This document shows positions 1-13,674 of a DNA stretch of 64,000 nucleotides, piece by piece. The position numbers and the translations under genes are program-made. The stretch's first letter is position 1; each line of letters starts with the position of its first letter. A model generated the notes under the pieces. It did no database searches. It was not told the DNA's origin and saw only the letters and a list, made by a program, of their open reading frames with translations. This DNA comes from Lingula anatina (taxonomy: Eukaryota; Animalia; Brachiopoda): contig CM120647.1 in NCBI GenBank assembly GCA_051362555.1, positions 17,088,651 to 17,152,650 of the forward strand, written 5' to 3'.

Positions 1-937
1 GGTGCCACATTTCATCCCCAGTCCCCGACCATGGTTTATCATGAACGGTTAAATTCGCCATATACAGGAAGCCATGAATGTTTGAGAGTTTGTTTTATAC
101 TAAGATTGATTTTGCCTTTGCCCATGATATTAAAGAGTGCAATGGGATCAAAGGCGGTTCACAATAGACGCGTTTTAGTTTTAGAGTGACCCTAATAAGA
201 GAGGAAAAAAAACATCCAAATGTGTAATAACTGGTGCGTTTTCCATATAAGCAATTGCAGAGATGGAAATTTTGAATAACATATATTTTGCAAAGAAATA
301 AAATATATTATTTTTCTGCTGAACACGGTTAACAGGTGGTATGAGGTGCTGTCATACCGATAAAGCTAATGAATCAATTCAAGTTCGTTGGCTTTCATTG
401 ATAGGCCTGCTCGGAAAGTTCCTAGTCAGATAACTTTATTTTTATTTTGTTTTGCACTGAGATAACGTTTGCTTTTATCTTTGACGATATATAGTGCGAT
501 GAGGTCCACAGCTGTTCACGCCTTTGCGGTTTTAGGATTGAGTAGTCTTTACTCTTTCAAATGTCGACTGCGGACTTGCCCCGGGTACTGTGTGAACACA
601 TGAACTGTCTTGAGAAGCAAGGGTGCAAAAAAGGAAATGAGGGGCATGAAAAAACAACATGTGTCCTTGTTGAAAGCAAAAGCAACAGAGACTTAAAAAA
701 TAAATAAATATTTTCTCTCTGATAATCCCACCGAGAAAGATAGCACATTTTGATGAAATGCAGATCATACGGAATTTGCTCTTGCTCAATTCAAGTACAA
801 GATCTGTGGCACCAATCTAAGGACTTTTCACTGAATAGAAAGGAAATATTCTTGACGACGCAGACTTTATTCTAATGACCAGCAATATGTTCGTTTTAAA
901 TCGATCATTTAATGTAAACTTTCTAAAATATACCGTA

Positions 938-1153
938 TTTTTTTTGCAAAAGGTAATTTGCTAGGACCCAGGAGAGCCCAGATTCGTTCTCGTGACATCC
1001 GGGTCCCGATTCAGGTGGGGGACTGGGGTTGTCGTGATGGACTAACGTGCCTCATCCGGGATTCGAACTCGTGACTTTGCGTTGCCATGGTTTGGGGGCG
1101 CTTTGGGTATCTCATTTGCATCCAAGCACGCTACCGACTGCACCGTGACAGAC
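938..1153 (-). mobile_element. tRNA-derived SINE-like / Pol III module, copy 1
   Basis: Minus strand reads GTCTGTCACGGTGCAGTCGGTAGCGTG (A-box/D-arm-like) ... GAGTTCGAATCCCGG (B box, 1058-1070), then a ~100-nt body ending CCTTTTGCAAAAAAAA. The T-stem is mispaired, so it is not a functional tRNA. Confidence 0.7.
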
Positions 1154-2351
1154 CCGCCCACCCTCCGTACTTACGAGTTTCCTCTTATAGTAACCAATCG
1201 GAATTTTTAAAATTTAAATCTGGAAAATAAAAGAAAGTGCTATACTTGGTGGGTCTCGAACTATGGTACCAGAGATCGTCTGTATACGAGACAGCAAAGT
1301 TACCACGGAGCCACGCCTGCTTCGTTGATACGACCTAATCCGATGGAAACTTTCAACCTTGCCACGAAGAGAGCCAGGTTGGATGTACATTTGTATATCT
1401 GCTATCCCGATCGATAATCCGGGTGCCACATTTCATCCCCAGTCCCCGACCATGGTTTATCATGAACGGTAAAATTCGCCATATACAGGAAGCCATGAAT
1501 GTTTGAGAGTTTGTTTTTTTGATTTTGCCTTTGCCCATGATATTAAAGAGTGCAATGGGATCAAAGGCGGTTCACAATATAGACGCGTTTTAGTTTTAGA
1601 GTGACCCTAAGAAGAGAGGAAAAAAAACATCCAAATGTGTAATAACTGGTGCGATTTGCATATAAGCAATTGCAGAGATGGAAATTTTGAATAACATATA
1701 TTTTGCAAATAAATAAAATATATTATTTTTCTGCTGAACACGGTTAACAGGTGGTATGAGGTGCTGTCATACCGATAAAGCTAATGAATCAATTCAAGTT
1801 CGTTGGCTTTCATTGATAGGCCTGCTCGGAAAGTTCCTAGTCAGATAACTTTATTTTCATTTTGTTTTGCACTGAGATAACGTTTGCTTTCACCTTTGAC
1901 GATATATAGTGCGATGAGGTCCACAGCTGTTCACACCTTTGCGGTTTTAGGATTGAGTAGTCTTTACTCTTTCAAATGTCGACTGCGGACTTGCCCCGGG
2001 CACTGTGTGAACACATGAACTGTCTTGAGAAGCAAGGGTGCAAAAAAGGAAATGAGGGGCATGAAAAGACAACATGTGTCCTTGTTGAAAACAAAAGCAA
2101 CAGAGACTTAAAAAATAAATAAATATTTTCTCTCTGATAATCCCACCGAGAAAGATAGCACATTTTGATGAAATGCAGACCATACGGAATTTGCTCTTGC
2201 TCAATTCAAGTACAAGATCTGTGGCACCAATCTAAGGACTTTTCACTGAATAGAAAGGAAATATTCTTGACGACGCAGACTTTATTCTAATGACCAGCAA
2301 TATGTTCGTTTTAAATCGATCATTTAATGTAAACTTTCTAAAATATACCTT

Positions 2352-2568
2352 ATTTTTTTTGCAAAAGGTAATTTGCTAGGACCCAGGAGAGCCCAGATTC
2401 GTTCTCGTGACATCCGGGTCCCGATTCAGGTGGGGGGACTGGGGTTGTCGTGATGGACTAACGTGCCTCATCCGGGATTCGAACTCGTGACTTTGCGTTG
2501 CCATGGTTTGGGGGCGCTTTGGGTATCTCATTTGCATCCAAGCACGCTACCGACTGCACCGTGACAGA
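2352..2568 (-). mobile_element. tRNA-derived SINE-like / Pol III module, copy 2
   Basis: Near-identical to 938-1153, one repeat unit downstream. Confidence 0.7.
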
Positions 2569-4548
2569 CCCGCCCACCCTCCGTACATACGAGTTTCCTC
2601 TTATAGTAACCAATTGGAATTTTTAAAATTTAAATCTGGAAAATAAAAGAAAGTGCTATACTTGGTGGGTCTCGAACCATGGTACCAGAGATCGTCTGTA
2701 TACGGACAGCAAAGTTACCACGGAGCCACGCCAGCTTCGTTGATACGACCTGATCCGATGGAAACTTTCAACCTTGCCACGAAGAGAGCCAGGTTGGATG
2801 TACATTTGTATATCTGCTATCCCGATCGATAATCCGGGTGCCACATTTCATCCCCAGTCCCCGACCATGGTTTATCATGAACGGTTAAATTCGCCATATA
2901 CAGGAAGCCATGAATGTTTGAGAGTTTGTTTTATACTAAGATTGATTTTGCCTTTGCCCATGATATTAAAGAGTGCAATGGGATCAAAGGCGGTTCACAA
3001 TAGACGCGTTTTAGTTTTAGAGTGACCCTAAGAAGAGAGGGAAAAAAAACATCCAAATGTGTAATAACTGGTGCGATTTCCATATAAGCAATTGCAGAGA
3101 TGGAAATTTTGAATAACATATATTTTGCAAATAAATAAAATATATTATTTTTCTGCTGAACACGGTTAACAGGTGGTATGAGGTGCTGTCATACCGATAA
3201 AGCTAATGAATCAATTCAAGTTCGTTGGCTTTCATTGATAGGCCTGCTCGGAAAGTTCCTAGTCAGATAACTTTATTTTTATTTTGTTTTGCACTGAGAT
3301 AACGTTTGCTTTCATCTTTGACGATATATAGTGCGATGAGGTCCACAGCTGCTCACACCTTTGCGGTTTTAGGATTGAGTAGTCTTTACTCTTTCAAATG
3401 TCGACTTTAAACTTGCCACGGGTACTGTATGAACAGTCTTGAGAAGCACGGGTCCAAGATAGGAAAGGAGGTTAAAAGCAACAGAGGGGACTCTACTTTT
3501 GTAAAAAATAAAAATTTTCTCTCTGATAATCCCATCGAGTAGATAGCGCATTTTGATGAAATGCAGTACCAACCAATTTAAGTACAAGACCTCTGGCACC
3601 AATCTAAGGACTATTAATTGAAGTGAAAGGAAATATTATTGAACACGGTTAATAGGTGATATACTGTCTCCCTGTCTCCAAGATAGGACAGTTAACACGG
3701 AGCCGCAGAAACTTTTTTGGTAGGGCTCATATCAAATAGAAACGTTCTACTTTGTCTCAGAGAGAGCCATTTTGGAGATACATTCATATATTTGCTATTA
3801 CTTTATATAGTCCGAGTGACATACTTAAGCCGACACGGAGAGTTCACATATAGATATATGCCTTTTTTAAACTATGAATTTGTTTTATACTGAGATTTAC
3901 TTGGGTTTTTCCTATGACGTTTTAGAGCACGTAGAGCTCAAAAGTGGCTCACACCGGAGCGGTTTCAGTTTTAGCAAGCCACCAAGAAGAGGGAATACTT
4001 GCAAAACGTTCAAATATGTAAAACCTGGTGCTCTCTCTATTCAATCGATTGCGAATTTTAAGAAGGCCATAGTTGGAAAATAATTACGCCAAGAGTATGA
4101 ACGCGATTTACAAGTGATATGGCGTGTTGTTATACTGGGAAAGCTACTGAATCAATTCAAGTTTGGTCGCCTTATTGTTGGGCCTGAGTGGAACGTGCCT
4201 AGTAAGACGACTTCAGATGCTTTATTTTGAATTAAAATAATTTGAAGTTTCGAATTTTAAATCGCACAAACAGGGCAGAAGGACCCAGTAAGAACTTGAT
4301 GACAGGAGGAAAATAAGTTTGGAAAGAAGAAAAGAATCAATTCCAAAATAAGGAAATAAAATACATTGAGTCTGAATACATTGGTTGTGAACTGTAATGT
4401 TTGATGTAAAACTGCAAAGATGTTTTATAATACCAGGATATATTTAATCATTATGAGTTTAATTTTGCTGTAAGAATAAATAGATCTAAATATTTATCTT
4501 GCATTACAACAATATAATATAGGTTGTATTGTTCACTAATTTTTACAA

Positions 4549-4774
4549 CAGTGATCCTCGGATCAAATATGGCAGGTCCTACATGAAAAAAGAGCCGACT
4601 AATCCGCTGGTGGTCTCCCCACCTCCAGACGCGTCGTCTTTGCAGGGGTCTAGCAATTAAACCTAGGAGCTGTGATTTAATCCATTGTATGGCACGTGCG
4701 GAGGTAGGGAGACCATCAGCGGATAAGTCGGCTCTTTTTTCATGGGGCCGCCATATTTGATCAGCGGATCACTA
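4549..4774. mobile_element. Palindromic MITE (YAGTG termini, 3-bp TSD CAA; possibly Academ-like)
   Basis: ~75-bp imperfect inverted repeats CAGTGATCCTCGGATCAAATATGGC... / ...GCCATATTTGATCAGCGGATCACTA, with CAA on both flanks. Related sequence at ~61050-61225. Confidence 0.8.
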
Positions 4775-4879
4775 CAACATCTGTTGTGAATACCGCCAGT
4801 GAAAGAAGACTAATTTGCATATCAAAATTTAAAAAAAAAGTTAACTACTATTGAAGGATTTTACAAAATTCATGCAAAC

Positions 4880-6834
4880 TCAGTTTGTTTTTGTGTCGTC
4901 TTCAGTTTGATCAACGGGAGGTGTGCTTTGAGTATCGGCATTGTTTATTGTAGGTTCTGATACAGCAGAGCTTGAACTTTCGGACTCCACACGTGACTCG
5001 AGAATGTCACATGACGTGGACTCCTGTCCATCATTGGTTAGTTTCCCTGGTTCACAGGATATTGGAGTTTCAACGCCAGACGACCCAACAAACGCCTTGT
5101 TTTCAATCCCTTTACCACTGCACTTCCCTGTGTCCTTCTCGACATGATCACCATGTTCGAGATATTCCATTTCGGAAGGTCCGGCTGCGGAATCATTTTC
5201 AGCTTGTGGTAATCGTCTGGAAAGCCCTCTAGCAACGACGCCATCTTTATGACCAAGAAATTTATCAACCAGTAGTCGCGTTATAAGAAATAGTCCCTGA
5301 AATTAAAGATTAATGTGGGTATTAAGCAGGAGCCTTTGTGAGATTTTAACAAAAGTTGCAAATATCAGAAGACACATTCTAGTTAACTGCACTGTGGTAA
5401 TGCAAATAACAGACCAAATATTTGTATCGACTAGCAGTCGTGCTATAAGAAATAGTCCCTGAAATCAGAAATGATTCGTTTATCAGCAGGATCCTTTGTG
5501 ATCTTTATTTCTAAATGAGCAGAGGACACATTTTTATAAAAACAGCACCGTGACAGTGAAAACAACGGGTAGAACGTGTGCACTTTTCCAATCCACCTGC
5601 TTACGACAAACAGATTCGTAAAAAGGAAATAAATGTGTGTGTCTCAATGTGCGAGTGAGAGCGCGTGCGCGTGCGCGTGCGCGCACGAGAGAGAGAGAGA
5701 CAGCAGAGAATGACGGACAGGCGATCAGACACTTACAAACAAAAATTGGAGTAAACCAAACACGACAGTTGTCCAAGAAAAGCCAATATGGTCCATTAAA
5801 GCGCCACCTATTAATGGCCCGGAAAAGAAACTGCAAAATAATATTATCAAATAATATGTGCGGATGTCATTTTTTTCTGTCATAAAAATTTACGTTTATT
5901 ACATTTATCACCTTATATTATCTATTGCAAAAAAAAAAAAAAAAACATTCACAAAATGATAAAAAACTGAAATCAATTTAAAACAAGGAAATGGTAATGA
6001 CTTGCATTTTTTTAATTAATCTAATAAATCGTATATACATAGAATATGTGACAATTTTACCGTACACTTACCCTATTGTCAGCGCTCCATTCACTGAGGC
6101 CGATACAATACCGTAAGTGCCGTAGTCGTCTGGATAACCTGTTTTGCTACAATACAATGTAAACCGTGAGTGCAATATATAGATATATGTGACGTATCTA
6201 ACCTTCGATAGTTCGCTAGAACACGCACCTTGGGTGTCAGCCAAAGGCAGAGCCTCCGAGACTGAGTCGTTTAAAGAAATAAGGTGTAAATGTTCAGAGA
6301 GAAGGCAATTCTGTTAATTGTCATACTTTAATACTTAATTATCAATTTACTTGTGCTTTTATTTATTTAAGCTGCGTTTTGTTGTATTTTCACCACATCA
6401 TTTTTAAATCATCATGAGCCGTACAAATTTGATATTTCAATCATTAATTAAGGCAGATATGTTCCTGCAAATCAAAGGCAGATATTACTTAAATTTGTCT
6501 GTGTTCCGTTGATTATCCGTTACTTTTCCAAGATTCACTTACCTTGCCACAAAATTGAGATCCGGGACATTGGTTACTATGGCACCCGCATAACTGATGG
6601 CATAAAACAAACAGACAAGAGACGAGGCCCACCATGGACTGAAACAGAGGTGTGAATATTCTCTCAACTGTAACATTTATTTCGAGAAATGTACACATAT
6701 TTGACAAATTTTAAGTTTATAAAGAATTTCATTAAGCATATTTCTTATTCTTTATCTTCATCGCTCTATCTCTCGTGGGCGCGCGCTCACCCTTAAACAC
6801 ACGCACACGCTATCACCACCCACACACCCAGTCA

Positions 6835-6882
<48 letters not shown>

Positions 6883-8180
6883 GTTAGAAAACGTTATAAC
6901 AATCACGTACTATTTCACAGGTATGAAGGGGGCAGGTGCGAGAAGAAAAAATGAAATTCCGGCCATTAACATACACCAGCTCATCACTGCAACATTGCCC
7001 TGAAATAAAGAAATGTAACATTATTCACCATGATATATAAAAACGCACAAAATCATTCACATATACATAGACCCCATTTCCAGAGTTTAGATCGATCTAC
7101 TTTAGATCGACCTAACTCCCTGGGGGTTCACGCTACATAGCTGTCAGCCGAGCGGACACGAAAGTTAATTGCCCCCTTACAGCTTGTAGTAGGCGGGAAC
7201 GGACATTTAAGCCGGATTATCTGACAGTAATCTAGTGAGACTCCCTGCGGGGATAGATCGATCTAAAAGCTCTGGGAATACAGCCATAGATTACCTAAAA
7301 CAAGGAGATCGTGATTTTGGTTTTGTTTGACTTTCCATTTGATAGCAACATTATATTAAAAGTTATGGGCATATTTTTGGGTTACGGTCTGAACTTAATT
7401 AATTTTTGCATTTGTAAATTACTATTAGCAACAAGATAATTAATTAACTGGCAAAAATTGAGCTCAACGATAAATGAATGAATGATTGATAATAATGGGA
7501 ATTGGGTAAATTAATAGAAAAAAATATTAATAATTAATAATGTGCTGGCTGAGCAGAGGTCTGCGCTTACTGAATTGATTTTCATTAAAATATCTTAACT
7601 TCTAGTCAAACGACCCTGGCTATGTTATATTTTTGCAGAATAGCTGCGAAGCCCTATTACTGTTCCACTGTGTTATCTTACCATCAAAGCCGTGTTGAGT
7701 TTTACCCAAATGGGCAAAAAGATGATGAAAACTACAGCGCAGACAGTAAATAACCAGGCTACCTCTGCCGGGCCCCAACCAAACTGGAAAAGAAAAGGAC
7801 TAGTTAAATCCCGAGACCAAGGAGACCGATGACTGAGTACACGTGAACTGTGAACGACATTGTTGCAGAGAAGAAAACATAAATAATGTGACACTGCGTT
7901 ACGTACACCACACGAGGTTAACAGGGGCTCCATTACATATTAAAATTGTAAAAGGAATGGTAGTCCTAGAAATGGTATTCCGGGGTCCCATATGATAAGT
8001 ACAGGTCAGGGTAAGTCTGAAGTACCGTGATCAGTGTATGGGTCGTATAAATGTCCAAAACAATGGGGAACGGACTACTGTTTAGAGCGGACTACCGTCC
8101 CTGCCAAACCGGATTTCATGGAAACTTAATAGAATTTTTCAAAATCTTCGTGGAGGTCTTCTATGTAATTTCTTCTTAAA

Positions 8181-8241
<61 letters not shown>

Positions 8242-9752
8242 TTCTTGTAACAACGCTTAATGTGCACTTAAAGCCCATATATCACATCGCACAATATTTT
8301 ACTGTAATTAATGTAATATTTAAGTGCTGAAACATTCGCTTGTTACTACAAGATCGATCCATAATGGATGTCGATCTTTTTAAACACAAGTTAACAAAAT
8401 TAAACACATAAGTAATTTCATTAAACTGGAATGAATCCAGAAATATTTATCATGGGACATGTTGTATATTAGCCACACCTGTTCATGCATATGCACTGGA
8501 ATGAAGCCTTCGAAGAACCTGAACACGAAAGCGATGACCAAAGAATGTGCGACTGAAATGGGAACGGCAGGGTATGATTAACAGACGTTTATTGTGTGCT
8601 ACAGAGAAAACAGGCCTGAATATGACGCATGAGCCGAAACAACGCACCGTATTTATAATGGTTATATTTAATATATATATAAGAGCAAATTAAAATACAT
8701 GGCGTACTGACTCACCTGTCAATATAGCTCTCGGCTGCAGAAGAAGAGGGAAGTACTGCCCAGATTTGTGCTGTACAACTTGACCTAGATAACAAGAAAT
8801 GTCAGGTGTTTTATTGACGGTTAAAATGTGACATACAAATAATTCTTAATTCCTACACTGTCAATAATAACAACAATACTGATAACTGTTAACTGAAGAA
8901 CTACTAGGATATACTCAGTTCTATATCATTTAATGTATCAATAATCTAACAGTCTTCAGTTTCAATATATTTTAACAATAACCAACCATTCTTCCCTCAT
9001 CCAGTAAAGAATGGCATAATTTCATTTCTAAAATATACTGTTAAATACAAAGACCCGAGAGTAATTCTTTATTCGTCATTCAAAACCCGATGATGGGGAC
9101 GTACGATGTGGGGGCAGGAGGAGGGATAATCTAAGGCTGTATTCCCAGAGATTTTAGATCGATCTATCCCCGCGGGGAGTCTCACTAGATTACTGTCAGA
9201 TAATCCGACTTAAATGTCGGTCCCGCCTACTACAAGCTGTAAGGGGGTAATTAACTTTTGTGTCCTCTCGGCTGACAGCTATTTAGCGTGAACCCCCAGG
9301 GAGTTAGGTCGATCTAAAGTAGATCGATCTAATCTCTGGAAATGGGCTCTAAGAGGGTATTTTCACAATTTAATGGGAATTGAGTATGCAGGAGAGCAAC
9401 GTAGTGGAGGTAACGATGTGGAACGGACTTGAAATAAGGTCATCAACCAATAAAATCAACTCACATTTTCACTTTTTTTTTCAAAGATACGGAAATCTTC
9501 CCATCATAATTAAGCCAGCAAATATTACATAATAAACTGTAAAACGTTAATGTGGAGAAAATGGAATTGAAAAAGGGGTAAATATTTTAACGATATCATT
9601 CAAAAAACGAAAAAAAGTATACAAAGATATAATTATGGCCAATATTTTTTTAATTTGTGTATTTTCCAGTAAATTCATGAATTATTATCTATATTCCGTT
9701 TTTTTATTTCATATTTATGCACGTAAATTTTAAAAAATTATTACGGGTGCAT

Positions 9753-9797
<45 letters not shown>

Positions 9798-10090
9798 ACG
9801 TGGCAGCCAGCTGGCAATGGGCTGTCGTAAAACATACCTTTTAAATGTCGTAATGGTATAGCGACAATGATAAGGATAATGAGAAGTATCACAGACATCA
9901 CAATGAACGGCAGCCAGAAACCATTAGCCTGTAACGTAAAGAAGACATTCTGTCAAGTCTTAGCAGCATATATTAAATTGGCCATCCATTAAGCGCGCAT
10001 TCTTGCTTGTATATGGGGTGTTCAGGGACGCAGACTAATCATGTGCATTTTTCTTCAGCGCGAAACACGTGATGAATTAGCCAGAGACAC

Positions 10091-10140
<50 letters not shown>

Positions 10141-12878
10141 AAAAAATCGTGACGACCCTGATAGAGGGTTTGTTAAAGACGCACTCCATAAGATTAACCC
10201 GAAAAAAATGTATTTTCCTGAGAAAATAAGCAATTTTCTCGTGCTACCGGACCATTTATCTATCCCATTCTGTTCTTGGATTTGACCTTTGATACATATT
10301 AGAAAATACGAAGTAGAAAGAGGAAAGATTAGACGAAAAAAAATACATGCCCTCTAGAGAGAGATAGAGAGAGAGAAGGAGAGAGAAAAGGAGAGAGCGG
10401 TACAGACTCACTGCGTACAGCCCCCCAGCTATGGGTGGGGACAGTGTAAACCCCAGGGCCACGCTTCCCTGATATGCGGCCTGTAATAAGGACAACTTCT
10501 AGTTAATAATGGCAATTAACATTTTGCATTGATAACCCCATCTACCAAAGGACGATCAAACTATCATTGAATGTAATGACTTAAATGAAGAAAAATAACA
10601 CAAATAATTATAATAATAATAGGATGATTAACCTTAATATGCATCAGCTAAACGTTTAACAAAACTTATTTTACAACAACACAGTGAAATTAAGACAAAT
10701 CAAGAAAACAACCCTACCTGGACCCCGAGCTTGTGTTCTGGCATCTCAGCAGAGAGGATGGCCTGGGCTGATACAGCTATGGCGGAGTAGCCACACCCCT
10801 GCATTATCCTCAAGACAATGACAGAGGGTAGGAACTCCACGAGGTCACGTGAAAACTGCCCCGCCAGCCTGTTATATTGATTGAATGACGAACTGATGAT
10901 ACATTAAAAGAGTAAAACCATGCACTCAGTTAACAAGATTTTGTTCAATAGATGAGAAATTAGTTCATTTAACAATAACTATTTGTATTAGTTTTCTCAT
11001 TACTTTTCTCATTTTTTATGATGAAAAAAAAACAGGATATTACTGACCGGTTATAGAGTACATAACGTAATCGTACTTACCCTATTCCAACGGTTGCTAT
11101 CGCCGTAATGGCACATCCAGCAATCGACAGAGATATAGGTGTGATTCTTGATAGCTGACAAAAATGATAGAAACAAGTATTGAAATATAAAAAAGAGAAT
11201 TAAATTAATTAATTTATAATCATGGTGGTCTCATTAGAATTCAGAATCGAAAAAGAATCAGTTGGTTTGAAAAATTGTAGGTGGTGTTTTGCTTTAAGTT
11301 TTTGCTATTATCATTATTATTATTATTATTACTATTATTATTATTATCATTATTATTATTATTCACGACTTCATGAATGTGGAGGAAAACTGCATTCATA
11401 AAAATAAATAAATGAAATTAAAATATGTAAAAAGAGGCGATGAAGGGGTACATCATCGCAAACCAGCTGTATAAATAATTTAAATTTCAGTTTACGCCAG
11501 TTATAAACGATTATTCTAAAATGACATTTATCTTACCAGTTTTCCATGGACTACACCAGACAAAGCGGCAGACAGCCATGCCACCCCAAATAATATCCCA
11601 ACCTCAAAATTTGACACACCTTTTTCTTTGGCCTGAAATTCAATGTAGATAAAATAAGAAGACTGAGTGGCACACGCATTCTCATTAAAGAAAAAAATTG
11701 CAAAACTCAAACACCAGAGCTCTTTAAGAATTGTTCACTTGGTACTATGTATTACAGTTCCCTCAAATGCTCAGAGCTTTGACTCATATTTCTGCCTTAC
11801 ACTAAGCATGCAAGACTTCATCATGCCACCTTGTGTTCAAAATTCTCAGAGTTTTATGTGACGTCACTTATATGACGTCACGTGGTAGAACTGGCGCACG
11901 TAAGTGCTTGAACGTTCCATGTAGCCGGTTAAACGAAACTGAGAAACCGTGTAACAGAAAGTCCGCCCTCCATTTACTTATAATGGTTAGAGGTAAACCT
12001 GACCTAAGTGGGTCAAAATCTAGGGCGAGGCTTACCTGTACAAATGAATAGGAATATACTAGGAGATGCAACGAAGGACACACGCATAGTTTGCCATAAC
12101 GTGGTCGTTTATAGCTTCGACAGTTTGCAATATAGGGTGGAGTGAGAAGTGTGTAGTGTGGTGGTTTGCCGGTGTACATGGACTGTGTAATTAAGTATAT
12201 GTGTGAATACTTTGCGCTACCAATGACGATATTAGGTAACACTCCGAGCTGGCGATCCAATGACCAACTCACAGTGTTATAAACAGGCTTATATCCATTG
12301 TTCGTTCAGATATTTCTGAAAGCGGGTAATAATGAAAAGTCAGTGCAGCATAGGAGCCATAATTACGCAGTGGACTCTCCTTCAAGCTTGGACATAATAA
12401 CGTAATTTTGTCCATGCTTTAAGTAAACCTAATTATAGTAGTGTGCAGATAAGAACGAGAAGGCAAAATGGTTCCTTGGTTAATGTTGAGCACCTATTTT
12501 GAAATATTATAGTGCACACACCAGTAGTTGTAAAGAGTTTGGGTTACAAATACAAAGAAACCAGGCAATGTTTGAGTATTTGGGGACAAAATGATATCGT
12601 CATCTCCTTCTCCCCTCCGTCCTTCCTTTCTTCCCCTCTTTCGTCATCTTTCTAACTTCTGTGATCATTAAAGAAAAGCATACACACGCGAGCGCACGCA
12701 CACACACATACATCTTTCACAGTTTTTTTTTTTTTTACCAGGGACTACTTACAGTGATGGGTAAAAGCGGTATTACAATAGTCAGCACTAAACTCTCCGC
12801 AAACTCCAATCCACAAACTGCGGCTAGCAGTATTCGTTGTCGCCTGTCCAAAGTCGTCAGCGATTTCGACTCCGGCAT
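4880..12878 (-). CDS. SLC18B1-like MFS transporter, paralogue A (~540 aa, 14 coding exons)
   Basis: Exons 12753-12878, 11537-11632, 11081-11154, 10718-10868, 10412-10480, 9838-9928, 8716-8784, 8479-8552, 7682-7783, 6911-6999, 6543-6638, 6072-6146, 5737-5830, 4880-5296, all GT-AG with consistent phases (1623 bp, open). Motifs AKEKGVSNFEVGILFG, LRIMQGCG, LGFTLSPPIAGGLYAANGFWLPF and GFFSGPLIGGALMDHIGF typical of SLC18B1-type 12-TM MFS proteins. Confidence 0.92.
7070..7285. mobile_element. PIF/Harbinger-like MITE, family 1 (~215 bp)
   Basis: Termini GACCCCATTTCCAGAG / CTCTGGGAATACAGCC; close copies at 9135-9349 (inverted) and 34919-35132. Confidence 0.85.
9135..9349. mobile_element. PIF/Harbinger-like MITE, family 1, inverted relative to 7070-7285
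   Basis: GGCTGTATTCCCAGAG...CTCTGGAAATGGGCTC flanked by TAA on both sides. Confidence 0.88.
11929..12055. mobile_element. Partial Ginger1-like MITE
   Basis: Follows CCGG and shares AACGAAACTGAG...TGTAACAGAAAGTCCGCCCTCC...TCAAAATCTAGGGCGAGGCTTACCTGTACAAA with 35637, 39219 and 44785; right end missing. Confidence 0.7.
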
Positions 12879-13674
12879 AGCTGACGTTGTGTTGACACTG
12901 ATATTATTCTTCAAATGCCTTATATTATGGATTTAATTGCCTGAATATACCGCAGGTAGACGCCACGCTAAGTTTCACTTTGGTATGTGACGATAACTGT
13001 CCAAAATGGCCTCCTTTGTCTTCGACTACATAAGTACTTGTGTGAATACCTCACGCTACCTCCGTTGATATTAAGCCTCGGTCACAACTGCTCGCACGAA
13101 TTTTAGGTTCGTACGTCCCCTGCGAATTTTGCGTGCAGTTGAATCCGTGGAGTTCGTAGAGATAGAGGAGTCCTTTCAAGCAGGGACGCTAATTGCAAGG
13201 TGCAAGGCGCAATGGCCAACTCACAGTGTTACAAACAGGCTTATATCCATTGTTCGTTCAGATATGTCTGAAAGCGGGTAGTAATGAAAAGTCACTGCAG
13301 CATGGGAGCCATAATTACGCAGTGGTTTCTCATTCAAGTAAACCTGATTTTAGTAGTTTGCAGATAACAGCCAGAAGCCAAAATGGTTCCTTGGTAAATG
13401 TTAAGCACCTATTTTCAAATATTTTGGCCAAATACCTGTAGTTGTAGAGAGTATGTGTTACACATACAAAGAAAACAGAAGTGTTTTACATCGCTGCAAT
13501 TCACCTATGCAATGTTTGAGTATGTGAGAACAATATAATTTCGTCGTCTAGTTCTACCCTCCGTCCTTCCTCCCTTCCCCTCTTTTGTCATCTTTCTAAC
13601 TTTTGTCATCATTAAAGAAAAGGCACACACACACACACATCTTTAAGAGTACATTTTTACCAGGGACTACTTAC

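Larger units (their letters stand above)
1..4230. repeat. Tandem array, unit ~1415-1421 bp: ~2.4 near-identical copies (1-~3410) followed by a strongly diverged copy (~3410-4230)
   Basis: GGTGCCACATTTCATCCCC recurs at 1, 1422 and 2837; ORF track shows duplicated ORFs (532/1947, 1214/2656); 3685-4230 aligns loosely to 1290-1860. The array probably continues left of the window. Confidence 0.95.

Noticed and set aside
1048-1153. Functional (intron-containing) tRNA gene
   Set aside because: T-stem and acceptor stem are mispaired and there is no adjacent terminator; treated as SINE-like.
8182-8239. Long poly(A) (also poly(T) at 9754-9796 and others) as retrocopy tails
   Set aside because: No adjacent retroelement body or TSD recognised; homopolymer lengths may be sequencing artefacts.
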